Shown: piece after piece, positions 12,143 to 37,034 of the stretch
Numbering within the stretch: position 1 is the first letter of the stretch
Layout: every line of letters begins with the position of its first letter
Assembly: GCA_002269645.1 (NCBI GenBank)
Contig: NIVC01003935.1
Span: 4,886 to 68,885 of the forward strand
Direction of reading: 5' to 3'
DNA: 64,000 nucleotides
Source: Macrostomum lignano
Lineage: Eukaryota
Program-made: the position numbers and the translations under genes
The notes under the pieces: model-generated
Seen by the model: only the letters and a program-made list of their open reading frames with translations
The model's database searches: none
Told to the model about the DNA's origin: nothing

Positions 12143-13660
12143 TGTTACGTCCTTTGACGTATAAACTTTTGTGATGAGCTTATCACAGACGATTTTAATC
12201 CCGCGTATTTGAGCGGCCAAGGTTTTTCCTTTTATTTCCTTTTTCTTTTGCTGTGGCCCTTTAGAATCTAGCTTGACAGGCCCAGCCCTTAAACAAAATA
12301 GCGAAAATGTCAGAATAGAATATATATATTAACATAGAATACGCATCGTTCCCCCTTTTGTCAACAAAATAATTGTTTGATATGACAGTTCAGTTCATAT
12401 CATCAGTTTCTGAATTCACTTCGCTACAAAAAAGTCCGGCTTCTTCAGCTTTGATCGATCCCGCAACATTCGCTTGTCAGCCAATTGATGATTGCCGTTG
12501 CCTTCAGAGTCGCTCTTAGGTTTGTTCGGTGTTGCGTCTTGTGCCTTGCCTTTGTCTATGGCTCTCTGAGTAGAGTCTTCCAGCTTGGATCCCGATGTCT
12601 CAGTTTCCTCCTGGGCTGGCTTCCATGCATTGCACTCAGACGATGTACTAGCATTATTCGAGGGCTGTAGCTTTTCATTGAATCCACTATCCAGTGTAGG
12701 CGGAACTTCCAGTTCGGACTTAAAGAGGTGATCAACGTGCCTTTTCCAAATCTGTCCGTTGACTTCAACTTGATAGGATAGTGGTCCAGTTTGCTTCATC
12801 ACTTTAGCGTGCGCCCATTTGTTCTCATTCTCTCTTCTGAAGTCAAGAGCAAGCACAGTGTCGCCAACCTGAAACTCTCTGTGTGGAATCTGTTCCCGGC
12901 GCATTATCTGCTCACTTTGCGAGTCCAGGACATTCCAATACGTGTCAGGCTTGAGCAGCTGGTGACTTGCCGGTGGTGCTGTGTGGAGTGCTTCGATATC
13001 GAAATAAGAAGTTCTGCAGGCTAAAGATAGGATTTCCATGGCTTTTCATACCTGCTCTGATTGCTTTCTTTGCCGTTTGAACCATTCGCTCACTGAGTCC
13101 ATTTGTTCTTGGATGTCCAACTGCACTGAATATATGCTTGATATTATTCGATTTGGTGAATTCGACAAATTCTTGTGATGTAAACTGACTTCCGTTATCT
13201 GTTAGTATTTGTCATGGAATTCCAAAACGGGCAAACGTCCCTCTGAAACTTTGAATAGTGTTGAAAGCGTTGGCAACCTTCAATGGAAAGATTTCCACCC
13301 CTTTCGATGTAGCATAAACAATCACTAGCCAGTTGTATCCATAGCACGGTCCAAAGAAATCTGCTTGCAGTCGTGTCCATGGCTTCTCAGGCCAACAGAG
13401 AGGGTGTACAGACGATTCCGGCGGCTTGCTTCGCTGCAGTTCACATCCTTTGCATCGCTTCACAGCTCTTTCTATTTGCTTGTCAATTCCAGGAAACCAG
13501 ACATGCAGGCGAGCAAATTATTTCATTGAAACAATTCCGAGATGACCCTCGTGCAGCAGGTCTAGAACATGATTCTGAAGCCTGGCTGGAACAATGACTC
13601 GAATACCCCAGAAGATGACTCCTTCTTCCAGACAGAGCTCGTTTCTCTTCTGTCAGTAGG
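12143..13660 (-). mobile_element. Ty3/Gypsy 3' remnant: integrase, PPT and 3' LTR (~12143-12347)
   Basis: 'LHEGHLGIVSMK*FARLHVWFPGID..CKGC' (HHCC zinc finger); 'PWTRLQADFFGP...FARFGIP' (integrase core); 'FQVGDTVLA...GPLSYQV...WKRHVDHL' (C-terminus). The minus-strand PPT AAAAGGGGGAA precedes TG, and the LTR ends ...CGTAACA. Confidence 0.85.
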
Positions 13661-13729
13661 TCTCCAGCTCATCGTTGCATCTATCTTGCCATCGTTGCAT
13701 CCGGATGATGAACATGGTGAGGCTGCGTG

Positions 13730-14195
13730 GCCCTGGATATTAGGGCTCTGCCAAGGTATTAAGGATGACATTGTCGAAGGCCTCCTCAACGTCCAGGAAA
13801 AGCGAGAGGGCAAAGCCACTGACAAGAACGGGTCTCTCCAGGAAGTCAACGATGACATTGAGGGCACTCTCGACGCGTCAGTGGACCTGCCCGCGCGGAA
13901 GTCGTGCTGGTTCTGTTAGAGTGGAAAGCGCTTCAGCTTGACCGCAGGCGTCAAACCACCAAACTTTTGAGGACCTTCAGGCAGTAAGAGCTGACGCTGA
14001 TAGACCTGAAGGTCTTCACCGATTGGTAGTCACTCTTTCCAGGCTTGGGGATAAAGACCGCCAGGGCCTCCACGCAACTGGTACATAGCCCAGTTCTACG
14101 CAAGCTCCGAGACGATGACAGATGAGGTCCAAGAAGCTGTAGTTCTTCACCGCCTCGTGCAAGAACGCTGGGTAGATGCCATCGGGCCTAGGCAC
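13730..14195 (-). mobile_element. Non-LTR retrotransposon (LINE) reverse-transcriptase fragment
   Basis: 'GPDGIYPA', 'CVELGYVPVAWR', 'FIPKPGKSDYQSVKTFRSISVSSYCLKVL', 'QHDFRAGRST' and 'LFLDVEEAFDNV' correspond to RT subdomains 0-3 of endonuclease-encoding LINEs. Confidence 0.8.
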
Positions 14196-14979
14196 CTAAA
14201 CGAGTTGAAATTAAAGACCTTGCCGCTCAAGTAATGCAGTTTTAATGACGAGTCCTCGTCCCACCCTCGCGAGTCCGTAACTGCGGATAGCTCACATCAA
14301 TGCTCAAACTGGCGCCTCATCAATGCTCAAACTGGCGCCTCATCAGTGCTCAAACTGGCTTATTAGTTATTTGGATTCAAAATGCAAGATTTATTTATTT
14401 ACAAGCAATGAAGTCATTTTAGCCAGTTCGTCTACTGGCATCCAGTACAAAGCTTGCATAGCTTATTAAGAGAAATAAACTTTGGTCAATTTTGACTTTA
14501 TTTTAACAACATTAGACTGGTCGGTTCTGTATTTGTTTATTTATTATTTTGATTACAAGGAATAAAATTGTTTAGTTTTGATGGAGATATAGGGTAGTAT
14601 TAATAATCAACATTACTGTCGTACGCTCGTACTATCAGTCGTACTGACACGAGAAGTTCGTGCAGCATTTTCTGTCAACTCTGGAAACGTCACAAGCCAT
14701 GTATTGACGAGCGCACCCTACAAAACCATTTACAGTAGCTTTAGCCATGCCTTTTTTATGCTTCTGGAATTATATTCATATTCTGCCGGACCCTTGAAGC
14801 GTCTATCGAGTTTGCTCGACTTCCGGGCCGAGAAGGACTCGAAAATCTTCGAGCTACACCTTTAGCTACATTTTGAATCCGATTCGGACAGCATTCCGCA
14901 AATCCTGTAAATGGAGGAGTGAAGAGGTAAGAGAAATGAGTACGCGTACATGGACAAGGAATATCTGGACAAGGACAAG

Positions 14980-15206
14980 GAGTGCCTAATTGATAAACAC
15001 ACAGATTAGCACAGAATGGAGTTTCCCAATCTGAGTGCCTAATTTGACAAACACACAGATTAGCACAGAATGGAGTTTCCCAATCTGAGTGCCTAATTGA
15101 TAAACACACAGATCAGCACAGAATGGAGTTTCCCAATCTGAGTGCCTAATTGATAAACACACAGATCAGCACAGAATGCAGTTTCTCAATCTGAGTGCCT
15201 AATTTG
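14980..15206 (+). repeat. 53-bp minisatellite, ~4 copies
   Basis: Unit GAGTGCCTAATTGATAAACACACAGATTAGCACAGAATGGAGTTTCCCAATCT. Confidence 0.95.
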
Positions 15207-15765
15207 ATTTTATACTCCTGTCGACACACTTTGCTCCGGAAGCAATAACACCTGTCTACATAACACCCAGAAGAACGCATGTATCAGCTCCTTGGACTTC
15301 AATTCATGAGGGCCAACCCCCAATGCACAGAGAGTGTACATGTCTGACAATTAGAAAGTCAGTGCGGCTGTACACTCTGTGTGGGCGCACGTGTGAATAC
15401 TGGAGGAGAATTTTTGATTACATGGCTTAGAACGTAAAAACAAAACGTCAATCGCTTAAACGTCCATTACAAAAACCATCATAAGACGACAACATTAAAT
15501 TCTATTCACAGTTGGCCTGTTGCATTTCTTATTTTTCAGCGAAAAATCGTCCATATCCTTGTAATGCTTCAAAATCAACAAAACTGCGACAGAATTCAAA
15601 GATTACTGCAGTCTATTTGCGGAGCCTAAAATCTCAGCCAATAGTAAACTCGCTTTAAACCGACAAGGTCTTACCCAGCCCACGTGTGCAGTTTTGGTCG
15701 CATAAAACGCGCGCAGCGGGACGCAAAGCCACTCTTTGGTTTCCAGCCGTATCTCTCGCACAGAC

Positions 15766-27619
<11,854 letters not shown>

Positions 27620-27649
<30 letters not shown>

Positions 27650-28628
27650 CTGATATAAGTGCACGCGTACTCAAGAGCGCCAGCTGGCACTGACTGATAT
27701 AAGTGCACGCGTACTCAAGAGCGCCAGCTGGCACTGACTGATATAAGTGCACGCGTACTCAAGAGCGCCAGCTGGCACTGATATAAGTGCACGCGTACTC
27801 AAGAGTGCCAGCTGGCACTGATATAAGTGCACGCGTACTCAAGAGTGCCAGCTGGCACTGACTGATATAAGTGCACGCGTACTCAAGAGCGCCAGCTGGC
27901 ACTGACTGATATAAGTGCACGCGTACTCAAGAGCGCCAGCTGGCACTGATATAAGTGCACGCGTACTCAAGAGTGCCAGCTGGCACTGATATAAGTGCAC
28001 GCGTACTCAAGAGTGCCAGCTGGCACTGCCTGATATAAGTGCACGCGTACTCAAGAGCGCCAGCTGGCACTGACTGATATAAGTGCACGCGTACTCAAGA
28101 GCGCCAGCTGGCACTGACTGATATAAGTGCACGCGTACTCAAGAGCGCCAGCTGGCACTGATATAAGTGCACGCGTACTCAAGAGTGCCAGCTGGCACTG
28201 ATATACGTGCACGCGTACTCAAGAGTGCCAGCTGGCACTGACTGATATAAGTGCACGCGTACTCAAGAGCGCCAGCTGGCACTGACTGATATAAGTGCAC
28301 GCGTACTCAAGAGCGCCAGCTGGCACTGATATAAGTGCACGCGTACTCAAGAGTGCCAGCTGGCACTGATATAAGTGCACGCGTACTCAAGAGTGCCAGC
28401 TGGCACTGCCTGATATAAGTGCACGCGTACTCAAGAGCGCCAGCTGGCACTGACTGATATAAGTGCACGCGTACTCAAGAGCGCCAGCTGGCACTGATAT
28501 AAGTGCACGCGTACTCAAGAGTGCCAGCTGGCACTGACTGATATAAGTGCACGCGTACTCAAGGGTGCCAGCTGGCACTGACTGATATAAGTGCACGCGT
28601 ACTCAAGGGTGCCAGCTGGCAGTGACTG
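27620..28628 (+). repeat. 40/44-bp minisatellite starting at the GAA stop codon
   Basis: Unit CTCAAGAG(C/T)GCCAGCTGGCACTG(ACTG)ATATAAGTGCACGCGTA, more than 20 copies. Confidence 0.97.
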
Positions 28629-29284
28629 ATTTGGAATCCATTAGCTGTTATATTGCTTTACTGTGCTCAAATTATTCTATGCTAAAATTAGCATTGATGA
28701 GTTCATTAATCTATTCGGGAATAATCGTTCCTACCATTGAACTTTTCATTCTGTTGAACAACACAACCTTGAACAACAGTAGCACCATTTAAGTAGAAAA
28801 CAACTTTAAAGTTAGTAAGTAATAAATTCCAAAATTTACTCGCATGATAAAGATGAAAATTCTCAATTTTATAAAATTTAATTTTTATTATTATATGGTT
28901 ATAAAAATCTTTACTATCTACTGATAGTACGATCAATACTACTAGTAGCGTAATAATTTATCTTAATTTTTGTTAAACTGCAATAAGCACCTAACTCAAA
29001 ACCTGTGTGTGCCAATCCTACAATCTTTTTTCACTAAAATTATAAAGTATCCGGTTATTGCGCTTGCAAGCATCGAATTTTTAAAGCTGGATTCCTGAAA
29101 ATATAGGGAAAGCTGTTAAAAAAACTTACTGTGTATTTCGAAGTCTCCGGAAAGGTTTAAAACAAAACACAAAGGTCAGTAATCAGATTGAACCATTTAA
29201 CGGATCCAACATTGAAAAAATGTGAAAGGGTATAGGTGAAGTAAGTACATTAGACCTTTTAGTCACACTTAAAAAGTTGTAATG

Positions 29285-30630
29285 GCGATTCTTTAAGAGT
29301 TGTAGGGGCGATTCTCTATGAGTTGTAGGGGCGATTTTCTATGAGTTGTAGAGGTGATTCTTTAAGGGTTGTAGAGGCGATTCTCTATGAGTTGTAGGGG
29401 CGATTCTCTATGAGTTGTAGAGGCGATTCTCTATGAGTTGTAGAGGCGATTCTCTATGAGTTGTAGAGGTGATTCTTTAAGGGTTGTAGAGGCGATTCTC
29501 TATGAGTTGTAGGGGCGATTCTCTATGAGTTGTAGAGGCGATTCTCTATGAGTTGTAGAGGTGATTCTTTATGAGTTGTAGAGGTGATTCTTTAAGGGTT
29601 GTAGAGGCGATTCTCTATGAGTTGTAGGGGCGATTCTCTATGAGTTGTAGAGGCGATTCTCTATGAGTTGTAGAGGCGATTCTCTATGAGTTGTAGAGGT
29701 GATTCTTTAAGGGTTGTAGAGGCGATTCTCTATGAGTTGTAGGGGCGATTCTCTATGAGTTGTAGAGGCGATTCTCTATGAGTTGTAGAGGTGATTCTTT
29801 ATGAGTTGTAGAGGTGATTCTTTAAGGGTTGTAGAGGCGATTCTCTATGAGTTGTAGGGGCGATTCTCTATGAGTTGTAGAGGCGATTCTCTATGAGTTG
29901 TAGAGGCGATTCTCTATGAGTTGTAGAGGTGATTCTTTAAGGGTTGTAGAGGCGATTCTCTATGAGTTGTAGGGGCGATTCTCTATGAGTTGTAGAGGCG
30001 ATTCTCTATGAGTTGTAGAGGCGATTCTCTATGAGTTGTAGAGGTGATTCTTTAAGGGTTGTAGAGGCGATTCTCTATGAGTTGTAGGGGCGATTCTCTA
30101 TGAGTTGTAGAGGCGATTCTCTATGAGTTGTAGAGGTGATTCTTTAAGGGTTGTAGAGGCGATTCTCTATGAGTTGTAGGGGCGATTCTCTATGAGTTGT
30201 AGGGGCGATTCTCTATGAGTTGTAGAGGTGATTCTTTAAGGGTTGTAGAGGCGATTCTCTATGAGTTGTAGGGGCGATTCTCTATGAGTTGTAGAGGCGA
30301 TTCTCTATGAGTTGTAGAGGTGATTCTTTAAGGGTTGTAGAGGTGATTCTTTAAGGGTTGTAGAGGCGATTCTCTATGAGTTGTAGAGGCGATTCTCTAT
30401 GAGTTGTAGAGGCGATTCTCTATGAGTTGTAGGGGCGATTCTCTATGAGTTGTACGGGCGATTCTCTATGAGTTGTACGGGCGATTCTTTAAGAGTTGTT
30501 GGGGCGATTCTCTGAGTTGTAGGGGCGATTCTGTAAAAGTTGTAGAGGCGTTTCTTTAAGGGTTGTAGAGGCGATTCTCTATGAATTGTTGGGGCGATTC
30601 TCTAAGAGTTGCAGGGGCGATTCTTTCGGA
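29285..30630 (+). repeat. 23-bp minisatellite with higher-order variant pattern
   Basis: Unit TAGAGGCGATTCTCTATGAGTTG, with recurring variants TAGGGGCG... and ...GGTGATTCTTTAAGGGTTG. Confidence 0.97.
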
Positions 30631-31178
30631 GTTTTAGGGGAAATTCCCCTAAATAAGCATGATGCCTTATGTTAAACAAGGACCCGGGAAAAAAGTTATA
30701 AAATTGTTTCTCAAATTTCTTCTAAACTGAGTGACAAAGATGCACTATAAAAATGTTCCAAAAATACAGGGTTTGCTAGAAACAGTTGCGATGAAAGCTG
30801 CTACAAAATATTAATTGAAAACTCAGCACTCCTACAAGCAGATAATTTATAAGATCTTACAAAAGTAAACGCAACTTAAAGCCTCATCAAGGGAATATTC
30901 CGGTCAACATTGTGGAAAACTTGCTTGGGACAGGTGTTGAATAAACTAATACCTGTACTTAACAATCTCGCAATAGAATAACTAAGGATAATTTTTAGAT
31001 CATTAAAACAAACGCAATAACTAAAATTTTTATTAAAAAATACTAAAACTACTGACCCTAACAAAAATATTAAAAAATTAAAGGATTGAGATTTCGGTGT
31101 AGCAGGTGAACGCAATATGGTGAGAATAATGTCATTTCTACACTTTTATTATGTTAGTATCAGGGTAGGGTTTTGGTA

Positions 31179-31690
31179 GACTACTGACACAGGGGGTGAG
31201 AATTTGGTGGACTACTGACACAGGGGGTGAGAATTTGGTAGACTGCTGACACAAGGGATGGGAATTTGGTGGACTGCTGACACAGGGGGCGAGAATGTGG
31301 TAGACTACTGACACAGGGGGCGAGAATTTGGTAGACTACTGACACAGGGGGTGAGAATTTGGTAGACTGCTGACACAGGGGGCGAGAATGTGGTAGATTA
31401 CTGACACAGGGAGTGAGAATTTGGTAGACTACTGACACAGGGGGCGAGAATGTGGTAGACTACTGACACAGGGGGCGAGAATGTGGTAGACTACTGACAC
31501 AGGGGGTGAGAATTTGGTAGACTGCTGACACAGGGGGTGAGAATGTGGTAGACTACTGACACAGGGGGTAAGAATTTGGTAGACTGCTGACACAGGGGGC
31601 GAGAATGTGGTAGACTACTGACACAGGGGTGGGAATTTGGTAAACTACAGGGGTGAGAATGTGGTAGACTACTGACACAAGTGGTGAGAA
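31179..31690 (+). repeat. 31-bp minisatellite, ~16 copies
   Basis: Unit GACTACTGACACAGGGGGTGAGAATTTGGTA. Confidence 0.95.
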
Positions 31691-32179
31691 TTTGCTGGGT
31701 GATTTGGTCTGGGTTCAGACCCGTAATCAAAGTGGCACTTTTTGAAACCTCTAAGTCTGCAGACAAGACTTCAGAGAGTGCTTAGAAACACAGGGGAACC
31801 ATTGCACACTTTTTGGATAAGAAAATAGCTAAATTCATAGAAAGAAACAAAACGATTTGTTCTACACTACTGATAGTAGCATTCTAGAAACTGCTGAAAT
31901 TATTGAACGCATGAAGTTGTTAAAGTGCCTTGATAAATCTCTTTTTGGCAGCTAATTTGACACCAATTCGATTGTTTGTTTTGAGTAGATGAAACACAGA
32001 AATTGTCAATACACTGATTAACTCAAGTCTTATGATTTGTTAATGGAAAAACGTCTACGCCCTTTACTGGCTATTGGCTAGTTAATAATAAAACGATTCT
32101 GCAGGACTTTTCATGATGCAATTTGCAGTGAGTACCATTGTCTGAGCCAGGTGACACAGGAAAATTTCTCAAGGCGAAC

Positions 32180-32845
32180 GGAGAGAGGGGAGGGGAAGGA
32201 AACGGGCAGGAGGGAGAGAGGAGAGTGAGAGGTAAAAGAGAGGGAGAAGAGAGAAGAGAGGGAGGGAAAGAGAGAAGAGAGAGGGAGAGGAGAGAAGAGA
32301 GTGAGAGGAGAGAGGGAGAGGAGAGAGGAGAGAGTGAGAGGAGAGAGAGAGAGGAGAGTGAGAGGAGAGAGGGAGAGGAGAGAGGAGAGGAGAGAGTGAG
32401 AGGAGAGAGGGAGAGGAGAGTGAGAGAGGAGAGTGAGAGGAGAGAGGGAGAGGAGAGAGGAGAGGAGAGTGAGAGGAGAGAGAGAGAGGAGAGAGGGAGA
32501 GGAGAGAGAGAAGAGAGTGAGAGGAGAGAGGGAGAGGAGAGGAGAGAGTGAGAGGAGAGAGAGAGAGGAGAGTGAGAGGAGAGAGGAGAGGAGAGAGTGA
32601 GAGGAGAGAGGGAGAGGAGAGTGAGAGGAGAGAGGAGAATGAGAGGAGAGAGGGAGAGGAGAGAGGGAGACGAGAGAGGAGAGAAGGAGAGAGGAGAGTG
32701 AGAGGAGAGAGGAGAGAGGAGATAGGTGAGAGGTGAGGAGAGGAGAGGTGAGAGGATAGGTGAGAGGAGAGGAGAGGTGAGAGGAGAGAGGAGATGGGAG
32801 AGAGGGAGAGCAGAGGGAGGAGGGAGGAGAGAGGGAGAGGTGAGC
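32180..32845 (+). repeat. Polypurine (GA-rich) low-complexity tract
   Basis: About 660 bp of almost only G and A (GAGAGGAGA-type units), just past the ADSS stop codon. Confidence 0.95.
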
Positions 32846-32907
32846 AGGTCAGCTGTGAATCCAGCAGCGCAAGCAGGCAGGCCTGAGCCGCAGTGCAGGC
32901 AGGCAGG

Positions 32908-35218
32908 TCAGGCCCGCACCACAATGCAGTCCCGACTCGGGCCCACGCCAATCCAGAGCACGGGCACCCCAGTGTGCAGCTCCACAGCTTCAACGTAGGC
33001 CCTGGCAGCGGGCGGCAGGTCACTGAACTGCCTGCAGTGCTCAATGGAGCATTTCCAGCCTGGCAGGGTGACGAACTCAACTTCAACTCTGGCTAAGTCC
33101 TCGGCCAGGGCTGGCACGCCTTCAATTGGTTTGCCGTCGAGTTTATAAGCTACGCCGATCTTCACCTGGTCGAATGTGTCCAACACGTCCAGCTTGGTGA
33201 GGGCCAAGCCCTTGAATCCGTTGACCATGTGCGAGTACTTCACAATGGGCGCGTCAAGCCAACCGCAGCGGCGCTTGCGACCGGTGGTCACCCCGAACTC
33301 GCGGCCGATGCCCTGGGATGGTCAGAGGTGCAGACAGAATTTGTAGCATAGCAATCTGATTAGTCAGTCGATGCACAGTGAGCATGATTTCTCAAACTCT
33401 GGATAATCCGCTTTAAATCTGTTAGATAATCCGCTTTAAATCTGTTAGATAATTCACTTTAAATCAGTGATTTTAAACTTAACTCTTTAGATAATCCACT
33501 TTAAATCAGTGATTTTAAACTTAACTCTTTAGATAATCCACTTTAAATCAGTGATTTTAAACTTAACTCTTTAGATAATCCGCTTTAAATCTGTAATTTT
33601 AAACTTAACTCTTTAGATAATCCACTTTAAATCAGTGATTTTTAACTTAAAGCTTTTAGATAATCCACTTTAAAACCTGTCAGATAATCCCTATTAAATC
33701 TATTAGATAGTCCACTTTAACTTTGTTAGATTTTAAACTAAAATTTCTTAGATAATCCGCTTTAAATCTTTTATATTTTAAACCTTAATCTGTTAGATAA
33801 ACCCTTTTATATTTGATAGATAATCCCCTATAAATGTGTTAGCTAATCCACTTCCTCACCTGCAGCTGCTCGCAGATGTCATCCGTGAGCTCGGTGGGAA
33901 ATCCGCCAGCCCCCACCCTGGTCGTGTAGGCCTTCACCACGCCGTAGACGCTGGTGACCAGGTGAGGCGGGACGCCCAGCCCGGTGCAGAGGCCGCCAAC
34001 ACTGCAGTTCGAGCTGGTCACGTACGGATAGGTGCCAACATCGATGTCCAGCATGGAGCTCTGGGCGCCCTGCAAATTGTGGAGTCAAGGCCCGACCTTA
34101 TCTATATAATTATTGGATTCCGTGATTTGATGGGATTCCCGATGATTTAGAATGCTGAGAGTATTTTTGGAATTAGGAATTCCCTATTCTTGGAGAGGGG
34201 GAATCCCTATTCTTAGATAGGAGAATCCATTAGACCAGCTATTTTTGGAACAGGGAATCCCCATATTATTAGATCGGAGAATCCTCTACTCTTTAGGGTG
34301 TAAACTCTATTTTTAGAATGGGGAATGCTATGAGAGTTGAATTAAGGTCAAGGAAATCACCTTTGATTTGTGATTTGATACAGTACCCTATTTTAGGAAT
34401 CAGGAGAATGCCAGTATTTGTAATTGGGTCAATTTTCATCAATTATGGCTTCAGGAATTCTCGCTCACCTCAACAAGAATGTGACAGTTGGGATTCATCA
34501 TCTGCTTATTAAGGTACAGCACAGTATCCTTGACCATCGGTCTAAGCCGCTCCCTGAGCTGTTTCAGGGTGCTCAGCTCAGCATCGGCAGCGTGAGCATC
34601 TCGCAGGCGCTCAGCGTACCGATCTGCCGTGTACTTGAGCAGGGTTTTATACTTGACCTCGAACGCCGCCCAATCGCCCATAAGGTCACAGACTCGAATC
34701 CCATTCCGCTGCATCTTGCTGCTGTAGGTTGGCCCAATGCCCTTCCTGGTGGTGCCCAAGCGATTGCCGGCCCCGCCAGCGACGCCGCCCTCCTGCAGGC
34801 CGTCGACAATCTGGTGAAAGTTGAACACCAGGTGGGCGCGGTCGCTGATCAGCAGCCGCTGTTCGATGTCGCCCAAGCCTTTGGCGGCCGCTTTGCCGAT
34901 CTCGCCGAACAGGTCGGGCACGTGAATGACCACGCCGTGACCGATGACACCCAGTACGCCTGGGTGAACCACTCCGGAGGGCAGCAGGTGGAAGTCGTAG
35001 GTGACTCCGTCTACTATGACGGTATGGCCCGCATTGTTGCCGCCCTGGCAGCGGCAGACGATCTTCACCGACTCCTTGGCTGCCAGCCAATCAACCAGTT
35101 TGCCTTTGCCTTCGTCACCCCACTGGCTGCCCATGACGAATGTGAGCTGGGCTTTGCCGGCCCTGGAGACTGAGCCATTGACCGCTGCTGCTGCTGCCGG
35201 CTGTGCTGTTGCAGACAT
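32908..35218 (-). CDS. ADSS: Adenylosuccinate synthetase, ~454 aa; exons 35218-34469, 34069-33860, 33312-32908
   Basis: '[14 protein letters not shown]', '[11 protein letters not shown]', 'LISDRAHLV', '[11 protein letters not shown]', 'VE|[20 protein letters not shown]', 'KAYTTRVG', '[16 protein letters not shown]', 'LTKLDVLD', 'WIGVGP'. Both GT-AG introns are phase 0. Confidence 0.97.
33400..33835 (+). repeat. ~41-bp AT-rich degenerate minisatellite in ADSS intron 2
   Basis: Unit TTAGATAATCCACTTTAAATCAGTGATTTTAAACTTAACTCT and truncated variants. Confidence 0.85.
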
Positions 35219-35467
35219 TGCTGTTGTTGTTATAATATCCTCTTTTCAAATAGGATTGGATCAAATAATCTAAAAAAGAAAGATGACACACCTGGAAATT
35301 AATAAATTTACATGTTTGTTTCAATAAATTGATTTACAAATGCAATGCTGTGTTGCACAGGCAGCAATTAATTTTTTTTTGCAAAGGAATCATGCATTTA
35401 AAATTTTAGCACCTACTGACTCAGAGGATAGGTAGGTACAGGAGGAGATAGATGAGAGATTTACCTA

Positions 35468-36482
35468 AGAGAGATAGCTGAGAGGGACATGGCTGAGAGG
35501 GACATGGCAGAGAGGGAGATAGCTGAGAGGGACATGGCTGAGAGGGAGATAGCTGAGAGGGACAGGCTGAGAGGTAGATAGCAGAGAGGGACATGGCTGA
35601 GAGGGACATGGCTGAGAGGGAGATAGCTAAGAGGGAGATAGCTAAGAGGGAGATAGCTGAGAGGGAGATAGCTGAGAGGGAGATAGCTGAGAGGGATATA
35701 GCTGAGAGGGAGATAGCTGAGAGGGAGATAGCTGAGAGGGAGATAGCTGAGAGGGAGATAGCTGAGAGGGAGATAGCTGAGAGGGAGATAGCTGAGAGGG
35801 AGATAGCTGAGAGGGACATGGCTGAGAGGGAGATAGCTGAGAGGGATATAGCTGAGAGGGAGATAGCTGAGAGGGAGATAGCTGAGAGGGACATGGCTGA
35901 GAGGGAGATAGCTGAGAGGGAGATAGCTGAGAGGGAGATAGCTGAGAGGGAGATAGCTGAGAGGGAGATAGCTGAGAGGGACATGGCTGAGAGGGAGATA
36001 GCTGAGAGGGATATAGCTGAGAGGGAGATAGCTGAGAGGGACATGGCTGAGAGGGAGATAGCTGAGAGGGAGATAGCTGAGAGGGAGATAGCTGAGAGGG
36101 AGATAGCTGAGAGGGAGATAGCTGAGAGGGACATGGCTGAGAGGGAGATAGCTGAGAGGGAGATAGCTGAGAGGGACATGGCTGAGAGGGAGATAGCTGA
36201 GAGGGATATAGCTGAGAGGGAGATAGCTGAGAGGGAGATAGCTGAGAGGGAGATAGCTGAGAGGGACATGGCTGAGAGGGAGATAGCTGAGAGGGACATG
36301 GCTGAGAGGGACATGGCTGAGAGGGAGATAGCTGAGAGGGATATAGCTGAGAGGGACATGGCTGAGAGGGAGATAGCTGAGAGGGATATAGCTGAGAGGG
36401 ATATAGCTGAGAGGGAGATAGCTGAGAGGGATATAGCTGAGAGGGACATGGCTTAGAGGGACATAGCTGAGAGGGAGATACA
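35468..36482 (+). repeat. 15-bp minisatellite upstream of ADSS
   Basis: Unit GCTGAGAGGGAGATA (variants ...GACATG, ...GATATA), about 67 copies. Confidence 0.98.
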
Positions 36483-37034
36483 TAAATAAGTGCATGATTT
36501 ATGCATGCGATAACTAAGAGGAATATTAAGTAAAAATTCCAAACTTTATACATAAAAATAGCAAAAAGCATGCTTTACTACAAACTATGCTATTTACAAA
36601 TATACAAGATTTGAGAGCAAATAATTAAGTTGAGATTATTGAAACCTTTATTGGACTATGTATAAAATATATGTACAGACGAGTACTTACTGACCTATTC
36701 GAATATTAACAAGTGTATTTATTGATATATTGAAATGGCAGCTCCCAATGTTAAGTAAGTCTATAAAATTTGATTTGACGAACGAACTTGACAAAAATAG
36801 AATAAAAGAAAATGTTCCTGCTATTTCAAAGTACACATGGACATTTTGACTTAAGCGAGCCGTCATAATACTGAAAGCTTTAAACAGAACTACATGTCAG
36901 GCGCTGGTCAATAGCTTGTAGGAAATTTATTTTTAATATTAATTTTTTAGGTCATTTGGTTCACATGAAACAATTGACACAAAAGCTGATGATATCTGAA
37001 AGCACCTGACACAAACTAATTTTATCTTAGTGAG

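Noticed and set aside
32138-33086. Glu/Arg-rich and Ser/Leu-rich ORFs
   Set aside because: They are translations of the GA tract or shadows of the ADSS last exon.
35421-36571. Long ORFs (AEREI)n, (SLSAI)n, (PLSYL)n
   Set aside because: They result from a stop-free 15-bp unit open in several frames, with no unique domain or splice context.
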